A program made the position numbers and the translations under genes. DNA of 62,934 bases, counting the filler, from Folioceros fuciformis (taxonomy: Eukaryota): NCBI GenBank assembly GCA_049999805.1. It is 6 parts of 6 records of this genome, joined end to end, with 100 filler letters (N's around TTAATTAATTAA, not from the genome) between each part and the next. Parts side by side here need not be neighbours in the genome. Positions count along the whole stretch, not along the records: positions 47,943 to 52,711 come from JBNGIO010001339.1; positions 52,812 to 60,363 come from JBNGIO010001340.1; positions 60,464 to 62,934 come from JBNGIO010001347.1; 3 more parts are not named here. One strand, 5' to 3'. Below the pieces are notes generated by a model. It made no database searches. It was not told the origin of the DNA and worked only from the letters and a program-made list of their open reading frames with translations. This document shows positions 50,615 to 62,934 of the stretch, one piece after another; the stretch's first letter is position 1; every line of letters starts with the position of its first letter.

Positions 50615-52217
50615 GATGATGGTGAGTATTCTGGGGACTTCCCTTGGAGAAAGAGCTGCCTGGATTGGCATCATTTGTGAGTAGTCAGGATCATTGGTCC
50701 ACTTGTAATGGTGCATTTTACAGGTTATCCCACCCGAGGGCAAAGTTCTTTCACCTCCGTGGGGGTGTTTCACATTGTGGTCTTCTAAGGTGGTGCTGTC
50801 TGTGAAGGAAAGAAATTGTGTGAAGTCACTTTCTCTGTCTAACAACCAAGTTTCCGCTCCGCCCGCCCTCCTGCAAGCACCATTTGTTTCACTAGGCTTC
50901 GATTCTTTTAAACTTTGGTCGGCTGATTGGAGAGCTGTGAACTCAGCCCTGACTAAGCTGTAAATTATGTATATACCATTGTAGACTGGATGATTTTAGA
51001 GTTGTGAATACCGGCGACTAGACATTCTTTCAGCACCTGACGGTTGAGTATTTAACCAATTGACAATTTTTTTCAGTGTGGTTTGTGCCACCTTTCGACG
51101 TATCAAGCGTGTCTTGTTCGCAGAGCCTATCGAGAGGTGAGCATAGGCCCGGTTTCTTAGCTGTTTGGGATGCTCTTGCCCACTTCCTGTCTTGTTGGGT
51201 ACCACTTCTTGATTTGTCCTCTGCCACAGCAGATTTAATAACTGCTTTGTGACTCATCCTCCCTAGAGTCTTGTGATGAGCATCGTCAAGTCCTATGGCC
51301 GGATCATATCTAAAGCACGCGCTAATCAATACGTACAGATAGATCGCAGAGTGTTGATGTACTTAACTGAAGCTGTTCTTGGCTGGTCTGATTTGTCTCG
51401 AGCACTTTACTTCACACGCTCATCACTTTTTTTTTCGTGTTTTCAATTTATTCACTCCGTGCGTCAATTTGTTTTTCACGCTTTCACGTTATCCACTGCG
51501 TCCTCACTTCACAAATGGACATGGGCCCAGAAGACGAGTGATAGCCCACGCTGACAAACGCGTGGCATGCGTACGCACAGTACAAGCAGAATGTCTTCTC
51601 CTTTCCCACAGAAGAGCACGGCAGTCAGGTGTGATACCGACGTACTTTGCTGGAGCAGTGAAGTGATGGTAAAGGAGGAGCATGGGTTGGAAGTACATAC
51701 TGTAGTTGTACACAACTGCAACTGCATGCATTGAAGATACAATTTCTACTTAACAAAAAGCATCACAGACTAGATTCTCTACCGTTGTTGAAGGCAAACA
51801 GTCATACTGTAGCCTTGGAGCAACCCTCATGTCTTATTGTTGACGAGGAACCTTGGGCAACAGAAGAGCAACACTGAAGAGGCGAGGCCTCCATTTCAGT
51901 CTCAGCCCATAACAAGTGGACACTTCACTCTCAGGGTGCATGCCGTCCAAGATGATGCACCCATCAATGAGCTCAGGTAATTTAAGGGACCGAACAAGCC
52001 GGCAAGGTCAAAAAATTCAGGAAAATCGCATCTCTGGCCTTGGAATTGGATTGCTCCACACATCCGAAAACTGCCCGTGGATACAACAGGTCCGCTCAAA
52101 TGGATCCTTCAGGCTGCTCTGCTCTGCTGTTTGGGGGCAGGAAGGGCCACACCACTCGAGAAACTCACCTCCACCGGACCTGCTCCCCCCAACAGCCAAC
52201 GCTCCCAAGGTGTATCC

Positions 52218-52711
52218 TCACATGGACTTGACCTTCTTGGAAGCCGGCTTCCGAAGCACATCAAAAATGTCATCCAACCCCTTCGTGGTACCCAACAACA
52301 CGATGAACAGTAGGCCGAGGTAGGTGCCAACTGCAAGCATGGTCAAAATGTCGAAAGTCACGCCTGCAACTTCCTGAACGCTCAGCGTTGCCTTCACGGG
52401 GTCGTAGAACACGAACGCTTCGTCCAAGGTTTCGTACCTCACCGAGACATCGCTTGTCCTCTCCGAGAGCTCTTCAAACAGGGCACTCACAACCGAGCTG
52501 TTCTTGGGCAAGAAGGGAGCAACACGGGGAGTGCGGGCCAGGAAATTCAACCAAGCTCGCACGTAAAGAGGACTAACTGCCAAACCACTTCCCTCTGCAA
52601 AAACCTCCACATCCTTCAACCCGTAAACAAGCTTGGCGAGCCCCTCAGCTGCAACCTTCACAGCACGCAACACATTCCTATCGCTCACAACCCCCCGCCC
52701 GTCAAACATCC
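52218..52711 (-). CDS. Nicalin-like protein, C-terminal part
   Basis: VKVAAEGLAKLVYG...LARTPRVAPFL...FVFYD...VAGVTFD followed by a TM helix and a KKVKSM tail, resembling the plant nicalin C-terminus. Confidence 0.8.
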
Positions 52712-52811
52712 NNNNNNNNNNNNNNNNNNNNNNNNNNNNNNNNNNNNNNNNNNNNTTAATTAATTAANNNNNNNNNNNNNNNNNNNNNNNNNNNNNNNNN
52801 NNNNNNNNNNN

Positions 52812-55800
52812 CAATTCCTCTTGCTAACCCCACCTGTTTGTCTGCAAATATACAAGGTCGACCAGTTAATGAATGGTACCTTGATATTGGTGCAACAACG
52901 CACATATGCTTTGATAGAAATGCTTTTGTCACATATAGACTAGTAGACAATCAATTTGTCTACCTTGGTGATGATAGATCACTTGTGTCTCCGAGAAAAG
53001 GCACAGTAAAAATTCCAATTCCCTTTGGAATCACACTTATATTGAAAGATGTATATTATGTCCCTAAAATGACTAGGAATCTCATCTCTATTAGGAAGCT
53101 AAACTTGGATAACAATACTCACATCCTGTTTACCCCTACAGAGTGCAGGATCATTGATGCTTTTGATCCCTGCAAGATTCTAGCTTTTGGGTCATCAGAA
53201 CATGACCTATTTTGTCTACACACACGTAGTCACACAGCAAAGACACACTTAGCTTCTAACTCTTCAGAAGCAATTAATAAGCTAGAAGAAAAGGCTAAGT
53301 TATGGCATGCTTGCCTTGGTCACCCTCATAGTGCAAAGCTACAAAAACTTGCTAGTAGTGAGCTATACAGTGATGGAAAAATAGGCAGCTTGCCACCTCT
53401 ACCTCTGTGTGAAACCTGTGTGTTGTCGAAACGTCATCAAGCAGCTTTCAGGAACAAATCTCCTCACAGAGCTTCCGATGTTCTGGAGCTTGTCCACACT
53501 GATATATGTGGGCCATTGTCTCAACCTTCAATTGGTGGTGGCAAATATTTCCTCACATTCACTGATGACAAAACCAGGTTTGTCATGGCCTACATCCTAC
53601 AGGCCAAGAGTGAGTGTTTCTCTCTATTCAAGGACTATATGAAATATACAAAGAGATGGACTAGCAAATAACTAAAAACCCTCCAATCTGATAATGGTGG
53701 AGAATTCACATCTAATGAATTCCAGGCCTATTGTGTTGCTGAGGGAATAGGTAGACAACTTACAGTTGTTTACACACCATAGCAAAATGGTGTTGCTGAG
53801 CACTAGAATCAGACGTTGCAGGAAATAGTTTCCTCTATGTTACATCAGGCCTCTCTGCCACTTCTGTATTGGGCTGAGGCCCTTATGACAGCTGTGTACT
53901 TGCGTAATAGGCTGCCTACCACTGCCGTTGTGAGGCAAACCCCCTACGAGGCCTTCTTTGGCAGAAAACCAGCTATCTTGCATCTTCGCACCTTTGGTTG
54001 CCTTGCTTATGCTTTTGTTCCTAAAGCCAAGCGCACCAAGTTAGCTGCTAAAGCCAAGAAATATCTCATGATAGGCTATACTGAAGGTATTAAAGCATAT
54101 AAATTATATGATGTACCTCAGAATTAGGTGGCTTATGTCCGCAGCGTGATTTTTGATGAAACACGTTTCTGGCAGCCAGTGGGAGCACTTCCCACCTCCC
54201 AAGAGGGTTTTGACTTGTATGCTCTTTCTGACATCACATTTTTTCTTGACCTTCCACATGAGGAGATTGCTCCTGCAAGGGGGGGAAGATAATCAGCAAA
54301 ATGATGGATAGGGTGTAGAGCAGGCAGATGAAATAGCAGTACCTGATCTTGCTGCTAACTTACAGGATCCACCTCCTCATGTTGTTGTTGATCCTGAACC
54401 CCTTGTTCTTAATGACGATGATGGTCCTAATCCAGATCTAGATCTTGACCCTGATGATGAGGATATACTTGAACCTGTTTGTCGTTATCCCGCAAGAGAA
54501 AGACGGGAACCAGACTATTATCAGTCTCAAGATTTCAGGATACCCTATGTACAAGCTAGTGCTCTTGATCCCGTAGAGCCTCAGTCTTATGAAGAAGCCT
54601 TAAGTAACCCTGATGCTGCAGAATGGAAAAAGGCTATTCAGTCTGAATATGATTCATTGATAAAAAATGGAACATGGGAATTAGCAAAGTTACCCCTTGG
54701 ATGCAAGCCTGTATCTTGCAAGTGGGTTTTTAAACTAAAGGTTAAAACAAATGGTACCTTTGATCGCTATAAAGCTCGGCTAGTTGCCCGAGGCTTCTCT
54801 CAAGTGCCAGGTCTAGACTATCTAGAAACGTATGCTCCTGTTATGAAGATGGCTACCTTTTGCACTATCTATGCACTTGCAGCACACTATGATTATGAGT
54901 TAGATATGTTTGATGTAAAGACAGCTTTCTTACATGGAAAACTGGACACTGAAATATACATGCAACAACCACCTGGATATGAGGTGAAAGGAAAAGAAGA
55001 CTATGTCCTACGCCTAATTAAAACCTTATATGGGTTGAAACAATCTGCCCTTAAGTGGAATGTTGTTTTTGATGAAGAATTGCAATCCCTAGGTTTGGTT
55101 AAATGTGTCTCAGATGGAAGCTTTTACGTTTACAGATCTAAAGCTGTAGTATGTTACCTTGCTGTATATGTAGATGATCTTATATTGGCCTATAGCAGCC
55201 CTACCTTCATCAAAGACATAAACAAGGTGTTGTCAACCAAATTTGAGATGACACACCTAGGTGCTCTACAAAGTTGCCTTGGTATATTGATTCAGCGTGA
55301 CAGGTAGAAAAGGACTATTTCGTGAACACAACCACGATACCTGTTAAATAGTGCTGAACAACTTGGTTTGAAGGATGCCAAACCATCAGCTACTCCTTTA
55401 CCTTGTGGACTGAAAATGAGCAAGTCAATGTGTCTTGAAACACAAACACAAAAGGATCAAATGCGATCAATACCCTACAGACAAGCTATAGGAAAACTTA
55501 TCTATGCTGCAAATACTACAAGACCAAAAGTAGCTTATGCTATGAGTGTGCTTTCACAGTATTTGGAAAATCCAAGCCAAACACACTGGACAAGTGTTAA
55601 AAGAGTTTTCAGATACCTAAAAGGCACTCATAACATTGGCATAAGGTATAGAAATATACATGGAGTAACCTTACAGCTGGATGTCTTCACAGACTCAGAT
55701 TATGCTGGGGACATAGATACACGAAAATCAGTTTCTGGCTATGTAGTAATGATAGCAGGAGGACCAATCTGCTGGTCCAGTAAAAAACAGCCTATTGTGG

Positions 55801-56133
55801 CTTTATTAAGAACAGAGGCTGAGTATCGTGTACTTACAATTGCTGCAAAGGAAATTGCTTGGTGTAAATTGATGTTTAAGGAACTTGGATTCCCACTTCC
55901 CACCTGCACCACAATAAAAACAAACAATCAAGGATCCATGAGTCTTACTCATAATCCAATATTTCACTCCAGAACCAAACATGTGTAAGTCGAATACCAC
56001 TTCATACGTGACTTTATCAAATCTGGATAGATTGATCTGGAGTATGTGCCAACAGCTGAAAACCCAGCATACATTTTAACTAAGTCCCTAGGAAGGGAAC
56101 TTCACGAAAAGCACATGAAAGTCCTTGGCATGG
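52812..56133 (+). mobile_element. Degenerate Ty1/copia retrotransposon pol (PR-IN-RT-RH)
   Basis: PR WYLDIGATTHIC; GAG-pre-integrase LWHACLGHP...CETC; IN LELVHTDICGP, SDNGGEF; RT YKARLVARGFSQ, DVKTAFLHG, LYGLKQS, YVDD; RH DSDYAGDIDTRKS; in-frame stops at ~53669, 53780, 54125, 55305, 55986. Confidence 0.95.
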
Positions 56134-57375
56134 GGAGCCATGAAGGCAGCCCCATTGCCATCATGTCTAAGACCTAGCCAACCAAGCTAGTCACAAACCC
56201 AGTTATTGCTGTCGTCATTGCCTGAATTTCTTGGTGGAGATTGGAAAGATCTCCTCTCAGAGCTCGTTGAATCATCATGTTTATCTCAGGAATCACAATC
56301 CATAGACTCTGAAGAGAAAGTCTTATTCTCATTGCAAGGAGAAAACCTTTTCCTCCTCTCCTAATAAGAGAGTCTCTCTTTTGTTTCAAAATTGTTCTCT
56401 TCTTCCAATCTATCTTTAGACCCTGTTTGAAGGACAGTGGGAGTATGGTTCACAGGCAATCAACACAGGTCAGCAGGGGGTTAGTGTCAATAGGATCGAC
56501 TCCAGTCTACGTGCAAGTGTAGGAGAGGAGAGGAGAGAAGAGAGGGTGGTATTGGTGATCACAACCATGAAAACAATACACATCACCACTGTCTTACTAT
56601 GGAGGTCCGAGGTCTCCATTTAAGTAGTACATTTAGGGCTACACAACTTCCAGGTTCAATATGGGATAATCTACACTATCCTAAGTTCACTAATAACTAG
56701 AACTAGTCTAGTATGAACCCAACTGGGATAACTAACACCACATGAGTTTAGCTCATATAGAGCTCGATAACTCAACATATACCCATATATCCGAGCATGG
56801 TCGGTTCCTTCACAAGGTGCCGTATCTCAAGCTCCGTTAGTGGAAACATGGTTGGATCCCTTGGTGGGACCTTGGCTATCAAGTCATGAAGCTCCAAGAC
56901 TCGACACTTCGTGGCCTTGAGCGCTTCCTCGACCTCTTCACACTTCTTCATTGTCTGGAGGAGATAGCACACCAAGTTTTTGTCTGACTGTGTGGGCCAT
57001 TCTGCAGGCTTCTTTGCTGCTTGTGTCTTGCTAGTCTCAAAGGAGTTGCTCTACTGTTGCGATGACTCCTCCCATGGGTGCTTCTCACAACCTATGCCTC
57101 CGTTCTTCTTGCGCGGCATTGCTACTTGTAACAGGACAACTTCCGCAGCCGCTATTCATAGCGTTGGTGAGGCGAGAGAGAGGCGCACAGCTCCATCCTC
57201 AGCCATCTCTGAGGCTTCGTGCTGTCCTTGCCTGAAGCTGGATCGATAGTCATGCCGCCTGCATGTTTTCCCACTCGCGTTGTATTAATGCCTTGCATGC
57301 CCGTTCCATCACGAGGGAGTGCCAGGGTTTATAACCTACTAGGATTTATGCAACTGCCTTTAACCTCGTTAGGTT

Positions 57376-57461
57376 AAGAGGGGGTGTTGAGGTTATTTAA
57401 ATAACCATGGGTTAACCTAACTCGGTTAAACATATACCTTTAGGGTTTAACAAACCCAACA
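57376..57461 (+). mobile_element. Candidate polypurine tract and 3' LTR start of the copia element
   Basis: AAGAGGGGG (57376-57384) immediately followed by TGTTG; first CAACA ends at 57461. LTR end uncertain. Confidence 0.45.
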
Positions 57462-57559
57462 CTATATAAGATACAATTTTGTATACATTTAATTAAGTCC
57501 TTTTGTTGCATTGCTTTCAAGCATTCCTTGTTTAAGTAAGTCTTGAACAAATGCATAAG

Positions 57560-58640
57560 TAACACTCCCGCCTAAGGTCTTCTACTTGGATGGCTAATTG
57601 TTCCCTCTCCACTCACTCTTGTTGCCCTGCTTCAAGGTGTTGCTAAAGTTCCTGGTTTGCTTTAGCACTCTGTATCTCCAACTCATCTAGCTTGCCTTGT
57701 AAATCCTTTGCAAGGTAGACTTGTTCCAGCAGTTGTTCCTCTACCACCTTCCTAGTTTCCTTAGACTGCGCGAGCACCCTTCAACATACAATGATCTCAT
57801 GTGATAAACTTTGTAAGGAAGTCTACAACATGGTCACCTGTTGGGTCAACTTCTCCAGTTCCTACCTTTGCTCGCCATCCTTGAGGAAATACCATCCTCA
57901 CTCCTTCTCCAATTCCTGCACTTTGGATTCCAATCGTGCCCGGTCTGCATCCCGACTTATGTCCTCCTGTAGTAGGGCTGCAATCACTGTACGGGCCTCT
58001 CCCCAATTGATGTTTTGCAACTATTGGCCACATCGGATGATGTTGCCCCACACTCCCAACGAAGCGTCGTTACCTTGGCTTGTAGCGTGTGCTCTTTGCG
58101 CTTCCCCCAAATTCATTGGGCTCCTTCTCCCGAGATCTAGTGCTCTGCAAAAGGTTGTTTCGCCTCCTCCAACCCCTCATGTCAACAACCCTTCTGTCCT
58201 CCATAAGTGCACCAAATAAGTTGAGAGATAGCAAGGACATGCACTCCCCTCATCCCTTCCATTTGGCTTGAGCAACTTCTCCCTATGGTAGGTATACGCC
58301 TCATACATAATCAACCCCCAATTTGGCTTTGCTCCTTAAGTCACTCTCCAAAGGAAGTGGAGGAAAGCATTGCTGAAATATGAGGTACACTGATAGTTCA
58401 CTAATCCTAGAACCACCTTAGTGAACAACCTCCATTTGAGCTCCTTGATCCTCTATCTCCCTAGCTCCCCTCCAAACATCAATTCTAGTGCTCCTAGTGG
58501 CTGGGTGGTGATGGGTGACCTCCGCCCATCTATGGTTTTATCCAAGATCCCAATACCATCACTCTCCTCTTTTGACCTCCCGTACACTTGTCGGATGCTC
58601 TGGACAGTCCAACATTAAGGGTCAATGTGGAGTCCACATG
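57560..58640 (-). pseudogene. Decayed retrotransposon accessory ORF (homologous to the ORF at 18128-18390 +), with C-terminal coiled coil
   Basis: Translates CTSYFSNAFLHFLWRVT*GAKPNWGLIMYEAYTYHREKLLKPNGRDEGSACPCYLSTYLVHLWRTEGLL.../GLEEAKQPF, then E/Q/L/K-rich heptads with stops. Confidence 0.7.
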
Positions 58641-61600
58641 ATGAATGGACCCCCTAGAAAAACGGTAGTGGTTGTTTTTTTTTTTAGTTTTGATTGAATT
58701 CCTTGGAAAGGTAATTAGGAAACTAGGTTAGACAAGATGATCAAGAGATAGGTGAGATAGGTGGTGGTGATGTTAAGAAAGTGAACAGCCATTTAGCTAA
58801 CCCATGGAGAGAGCAAAGTGGCGGGTGGGGTATTCCCTTGGGGAGGGGTATTGATGTGTGTGGAACCCTAAGTCGGGCATGTGAGGGCGAGTTGGGGCCC
58901 TCGGGAGCGTGCTTGTGGGGGTTGGGAATAGGTATGGAGGTGCCTAGACTTGCCCTGGCCTCTGCCCTAGGTGAACCGGGGGCCAAGGATCCTGAGAGTA
59001 GGCAGCCATGCAGGAGGTGGCGTGACTCCGTGGGTGCATCAGATCTGGGAGGAACCAAGCAGCCAAGGAGGCTGGTGCGCGGTCCCCAGGCTGGACGGCC
59101 GATCCGAGAGGCCTGGCGGGACGGCTAACCGGGCTAGCTGTAGCGGATCGGGGCCGAACCCGGGGTAGGGCTGGCTGCTGGATCTGCGCAGAAGGGTAAG
59201 AGCCGGCTTAGGGCGGGTAGGTGCAAAGGTGCAGGTCTCCAGGCCGGTTGCTGGAGCTTAGCAGCGGCTGGAGGCTGAGGGGTAGGACGACTTGCCAGTG
59301 TCTTTACAGGCAACCGAAAAGGCTGCCTGACATTGGCACAAGTAGGCGGCCCGACGCCAGTGTAGGCAGGCAGGCGGCCCAACCTGGACCCTGGCAGGCA
59401 GCCCAGAAGATAGGCCGGCTTGCCGGCCGACTAGCTGGCAGCTAGCCGGCTGGACCATGGCAGGCAGCCTGGAGCATGGCCGGGCCAGCAGCAGCCCGGC
59501 TATGCGATCAGCCGGGTTGGCCGGCTGGTTGCGGTTGGAGGCAGAGGGCAGGCCGCCTAGCAGGGTCAGCGGAGCAGGCCGACGGGAGGCCCACAAACAG
59601 GAGGGTCGGACAGGTGGGCCTAGCCGTAACACAGGGAGCCGCTAGTTGGTTGCAGTGGCAGATCAACCAGGCGGAGTGTAGGCAGCCGTCTGGGCGGCCA
59701 TCTTAGCCGTAGCCTGGCGGGTGGCCGGGCCAATAGTGGTCCAGCTGCGGGGGGCGTGCAGGTGCCTCAGCGGCGAGGATAGTCGGCAAGTAGGCGACAG
59801 GTGACCCTCCCGGCAGATAGCTAGTAGGGGCTGCAGGGGAATGGCAGGTTGGCTGAAGGCGATCTTCCTGGCGGATCCAGCCCAGACAAGCCTCGGGCTG
59901 ATCCGGGCTGTGCTTGTCTAGCAAAGGGAGGCCGGGGCGGAGCAAGGCGGCGGCCGGCCGGGGGAAGGCCTGACCGGAGAGGAAGGATGGGCCCAGCTAG
60001 TACAGGCTAAAGGCAACCCACCCGGCCCGGCTGCTAGCAGGTAGGCCGGCTTGCAGGCAGCCTAGCAGATGGCCGAGCCAGCAGCGGCCCGACTGCTGAG
60101 GGTAGGCAAGCGCCCCAGCAGTGTGGACACCTGGCAGGCAGGTGCCTGGCCGGATCGTCAAGACAATTGGCAAGGTCCGGCCGGGCTAGGCAGTAGGAGG
60201 TTAGCGGAGCAAGGTCAGAATCACGAGCATGGAGCAGTCTGGCGGCGGGGCTGGGGGAAGTTGACCTAGCTGTTTGGCTAGGCACCCTGGAGTTGGGTAG
60301 GCGGCCCGGCGGTAGGTTAGCAGGGGGGCTGGCTGTTGGGTCCGGCTACTTCTGCCGACCAGGNNNNNNNNNNNNNNNNNNNNNNNNNNNNNNNNNNNNN
60401 NNNNNNNTTAATTAATTAANNNNNNNNNNNNNNNNNNNNNNNNNNNNNNNNNNNNNNNNNNNNGTACCACGGCTCCCCGTCCGAGGCCCTACCAGCCCTA
60501 ACGCTGGCGCTCCTGGAGAGCAGACCCGAGCGCTCCCTCCCACAAGGCAGATCCTGCCCGGTGACAGACCACGGAGACTGCCCGAGCAGCTGCCTCTCCG
60601 CGGGGGAATCCACCACATCCCCCCTCCTGCAGCAGCACAGCCCCATGTCAAGAAACAGAGCCTTCGCTTTGCCAGACCGAGGCCTGGAAGGCGTTGGAGT
60701 CGGGGCTAGATCGTCTCTGTGCCCCAGAAGAGTATGACTCTCCTTCCATGACGAAAGAGTAGCCATCTTGACAGCAGCCATATATAGACTCCCTCAAAGT
60801 ACTGGCCTCCAACCGATCACAAAATCCGAGAACCGCAAACCCGACAGCCAATGTAAACTCCTACTCAGAACGGAATCCCTCTGTCCTCCTCCCCCCGCTC
60901 GCAAGAACCAGCTTCCCCTCGCCTTCAACCTCAATTTCCTTCAACCCCCGCACCAACCTCCGCAGCCCCCTCTCGCACCAGGGCAGCACAGCAACGCTCG
61001 CAGTTGCTCCGATCGCCGGCTGCTGCAGACGGAGGGACACAACACTCCTCTAAAACAACAAACACCGCACAGCAGACAAGAGCCGCACAACGTCTCCCAA
61101 CCGGACCCGAGGCAACGCTCGCAACGGGACTCCCCTGTCGCCAGCAACGAGCCAGGCTCCAAGATGGGATCCAAGGCCCGCAGAACGGCTATACAAGAAG
61201 AGGAAAAGGGAATGCGAGCTGGCAGAAGCGACGCTGCAGATCGGAGCCCGCAAGCTCCAGCGGGGAAGCGGCTGATGGAACAGCCTCCCTCATGCAGTCC
61301 TAGGGAAAACTCTCATCACTAGCCGAAATTGTGTTGTCGGTACCCGGTGAAACGCGCACCCGGAAACGATATACCGACGTTTCCTGCCCTACCCTGTACG
61401 CTCTACAACCCGTCGGCTCCCGTAACCGGTCAAACGCGGATAAGCACCGTCAACATGTCGTTGCCCGCACCCTGCTCTCGGAAGCCGGAGAAGGGCTGTA
61501 AGCCGTAACTGTCCCGGGTGTTGCCAGCTCACATACGGCTGGCACTACGTCACGCGATGCCCGCCCCTGTGCCAGCCGCTTTCTCGCTTGCGATCCCTCT

Positions 61601-62294
61601 CCGTTCCGTTTACCGGGCCCACCGGCGGCACATGTGGGTGGTGCAATTATCAGCTCGCGCTCTCCTCCTTGTCGCGGTACCTACGTACAGGACGGCGACA
61701 ACTTGTGTTTCACACAGGTGTTAAATACCATCTGTACCCTTTCGGCGGGACCACTTCGAATGCCACACACAGCCTAGGGTATAACACAAGAGACCTAATT
61801 CTATTACAGTTCGCTAAGGATGGATTTGTGTCATCGGACTTGGTGCCTAACAACTTCTACTGTTCTGGTATAAAAATCGACTGACTCCATAGAGCATCCA
61901 TGGGTCTCATAAAAGTACCTATCCGAGAGCAAGATGCTTAATTTTATTTTGCCTAAGCCATTTGGATACAAGTTAAGGTGGGTTGCATAAGGTAAGGTAA
62001 GCTTTCCATGACTCGCACTTGCACTTTGATATCATCCTTAAGTTATCAAGTAAAATTTTATCAAAAATAATATATAATTTTCTTATTCTTAAAATAAATC
62101 GCAAAGACAATAGGACTAGCCCCCTAGGCCATACCTTATTTGTGGTCTTGACAAATCCACCCCCCTCCACCCTTGCACCCCTCCACCTGGGTTGAGGATG
62201 ATGTGTTAGCAATTAACGATGATCTGTTAGTAGTTTAGGATGACGCATTGGCAATTCAAGATGACAAGTTTGCAAATAGAGTTTGTCCAAGATG

Positions 62295-62934
62295 TTGTGT
62301 TGGCAAACAGAGCCCATTGAGGATGATGTGTTTGTAAACATAGTTTCCTCAAAAAGATGTGCAAGCAAACAAAGTCTATTGTGGATGTTGGCAAATAGAG
62401 CTCGTCTCATCAGCGACGATGTGTTGGCAAATGGAGCTCATCTCGTCAAGGACAATGTGTTAGCAAACGGAGCTCGTCTTGTCGGGAACGATGTGTTGGC
62501 AAGACGAGCTCGTCTTGTCGGGGATGATAAGTTGGCAAGACGAGCTCATCTTGTCGGGGATGATAAGTTGGCAAATGGAGCTCAGTCTCATGAAGGACCA
62601 TTTGTTGGCAAATGTAGCTCATCTCGTTGAGGACGATGTGTTGGCAAACAAAGCTCATCTCGTGAAGGACAATGTGTTGGCAAACAGAGCTCATCTCATG
62701 GAGGACGATGTATTAGTAAACATACCTCATCTCGTCGAGGACGATGTGTTGGCAAACAAAGATCGACTCGTGGAGGACGATGTGTTCGCAAACAACGCTC
62801 ATCTCGTGGAGGACAATGTATTGGTAAACATACCTCATCTCGTCGAGGAAGATGTGTTGGCAAACAAAGATCGTCTCGTGGAGGACGATGTGTTGGCAAA
62901 CAAAGCTCATCTTGTGGAGGACAATATGTTCGCG
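62295..62934. repeat. 36-bp minisatellite, about 16 copies, running off the window end
   Basis: Unit ~gaggacgatgtgttggcaaacaaagctcatctcgtg. Confidence 0.92.

Noticed and set aside
51000-52200. Short ORFs and a small palindrome between MTB and nicalin
   Set aside because: No motifs; no snRNA promoter or Helitron terminus found; likely UTR or intergenic sequence.
60464-61720. GC-rich ORFs and small hairpins at the start of the last contig
   Set aside because: No recognisable domain, splice pattern or RNA family; cannot support a call.
62295-62934. 36-bp periodic repeat as a CRISPR array
   Set aside because: Units are head to tail with no unique spacers, there are no cas genes, and the context is eukaryotic.

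Overview
Eukaryotic, non-seed land-plant nuclear DNA. A hornwort such as Anthoceros is the most likely source, inferred from compact gene spacing, ~70-130 nt introns and a GRP-type DYW:KP PPR gene. The window is six contigs (1-10633, 10734-17508, 17609-47842, 47943-52711, 52812-60363, 60464-62934) joined by artificial 100-nt N44-TTAATTAATTAA-N44 spacers. Genes: MscS-like channel, RPL37a (hosting an intronic U36-like C/D snoRNA), FG-GAP/NERD1-like, plastid RPL18, Ure2p/Nu-class GST, XPB (split across two contigs in opposite orientation), auxilin-like J protein, PLS-PPR-DYW:KP(GRP), eIF2alpha, BCP1-like BRCT/PHD protein, SufE-quinolinate synthase, GABA transaminase, Nup85, MTB/METTL14 and nicalin. 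Also present are decayed Ty3/gypsy (Athila-like) and Ty1/copia elements and a 36-bp minisatellite. Most notable: (1) a putative U-to-C editing PPR carrying an N-terminal OSB-type PDF ssDNA-binding motif; (2) the intronic snoRNA; (3) an uncharacterised retrotransposon accessory ORF family found twice in the window, once antisense to gag-pol; (4) a three-copy ~85-aa repeat in the BRCT protein. Family assignments come from motif recognition, not database searches.
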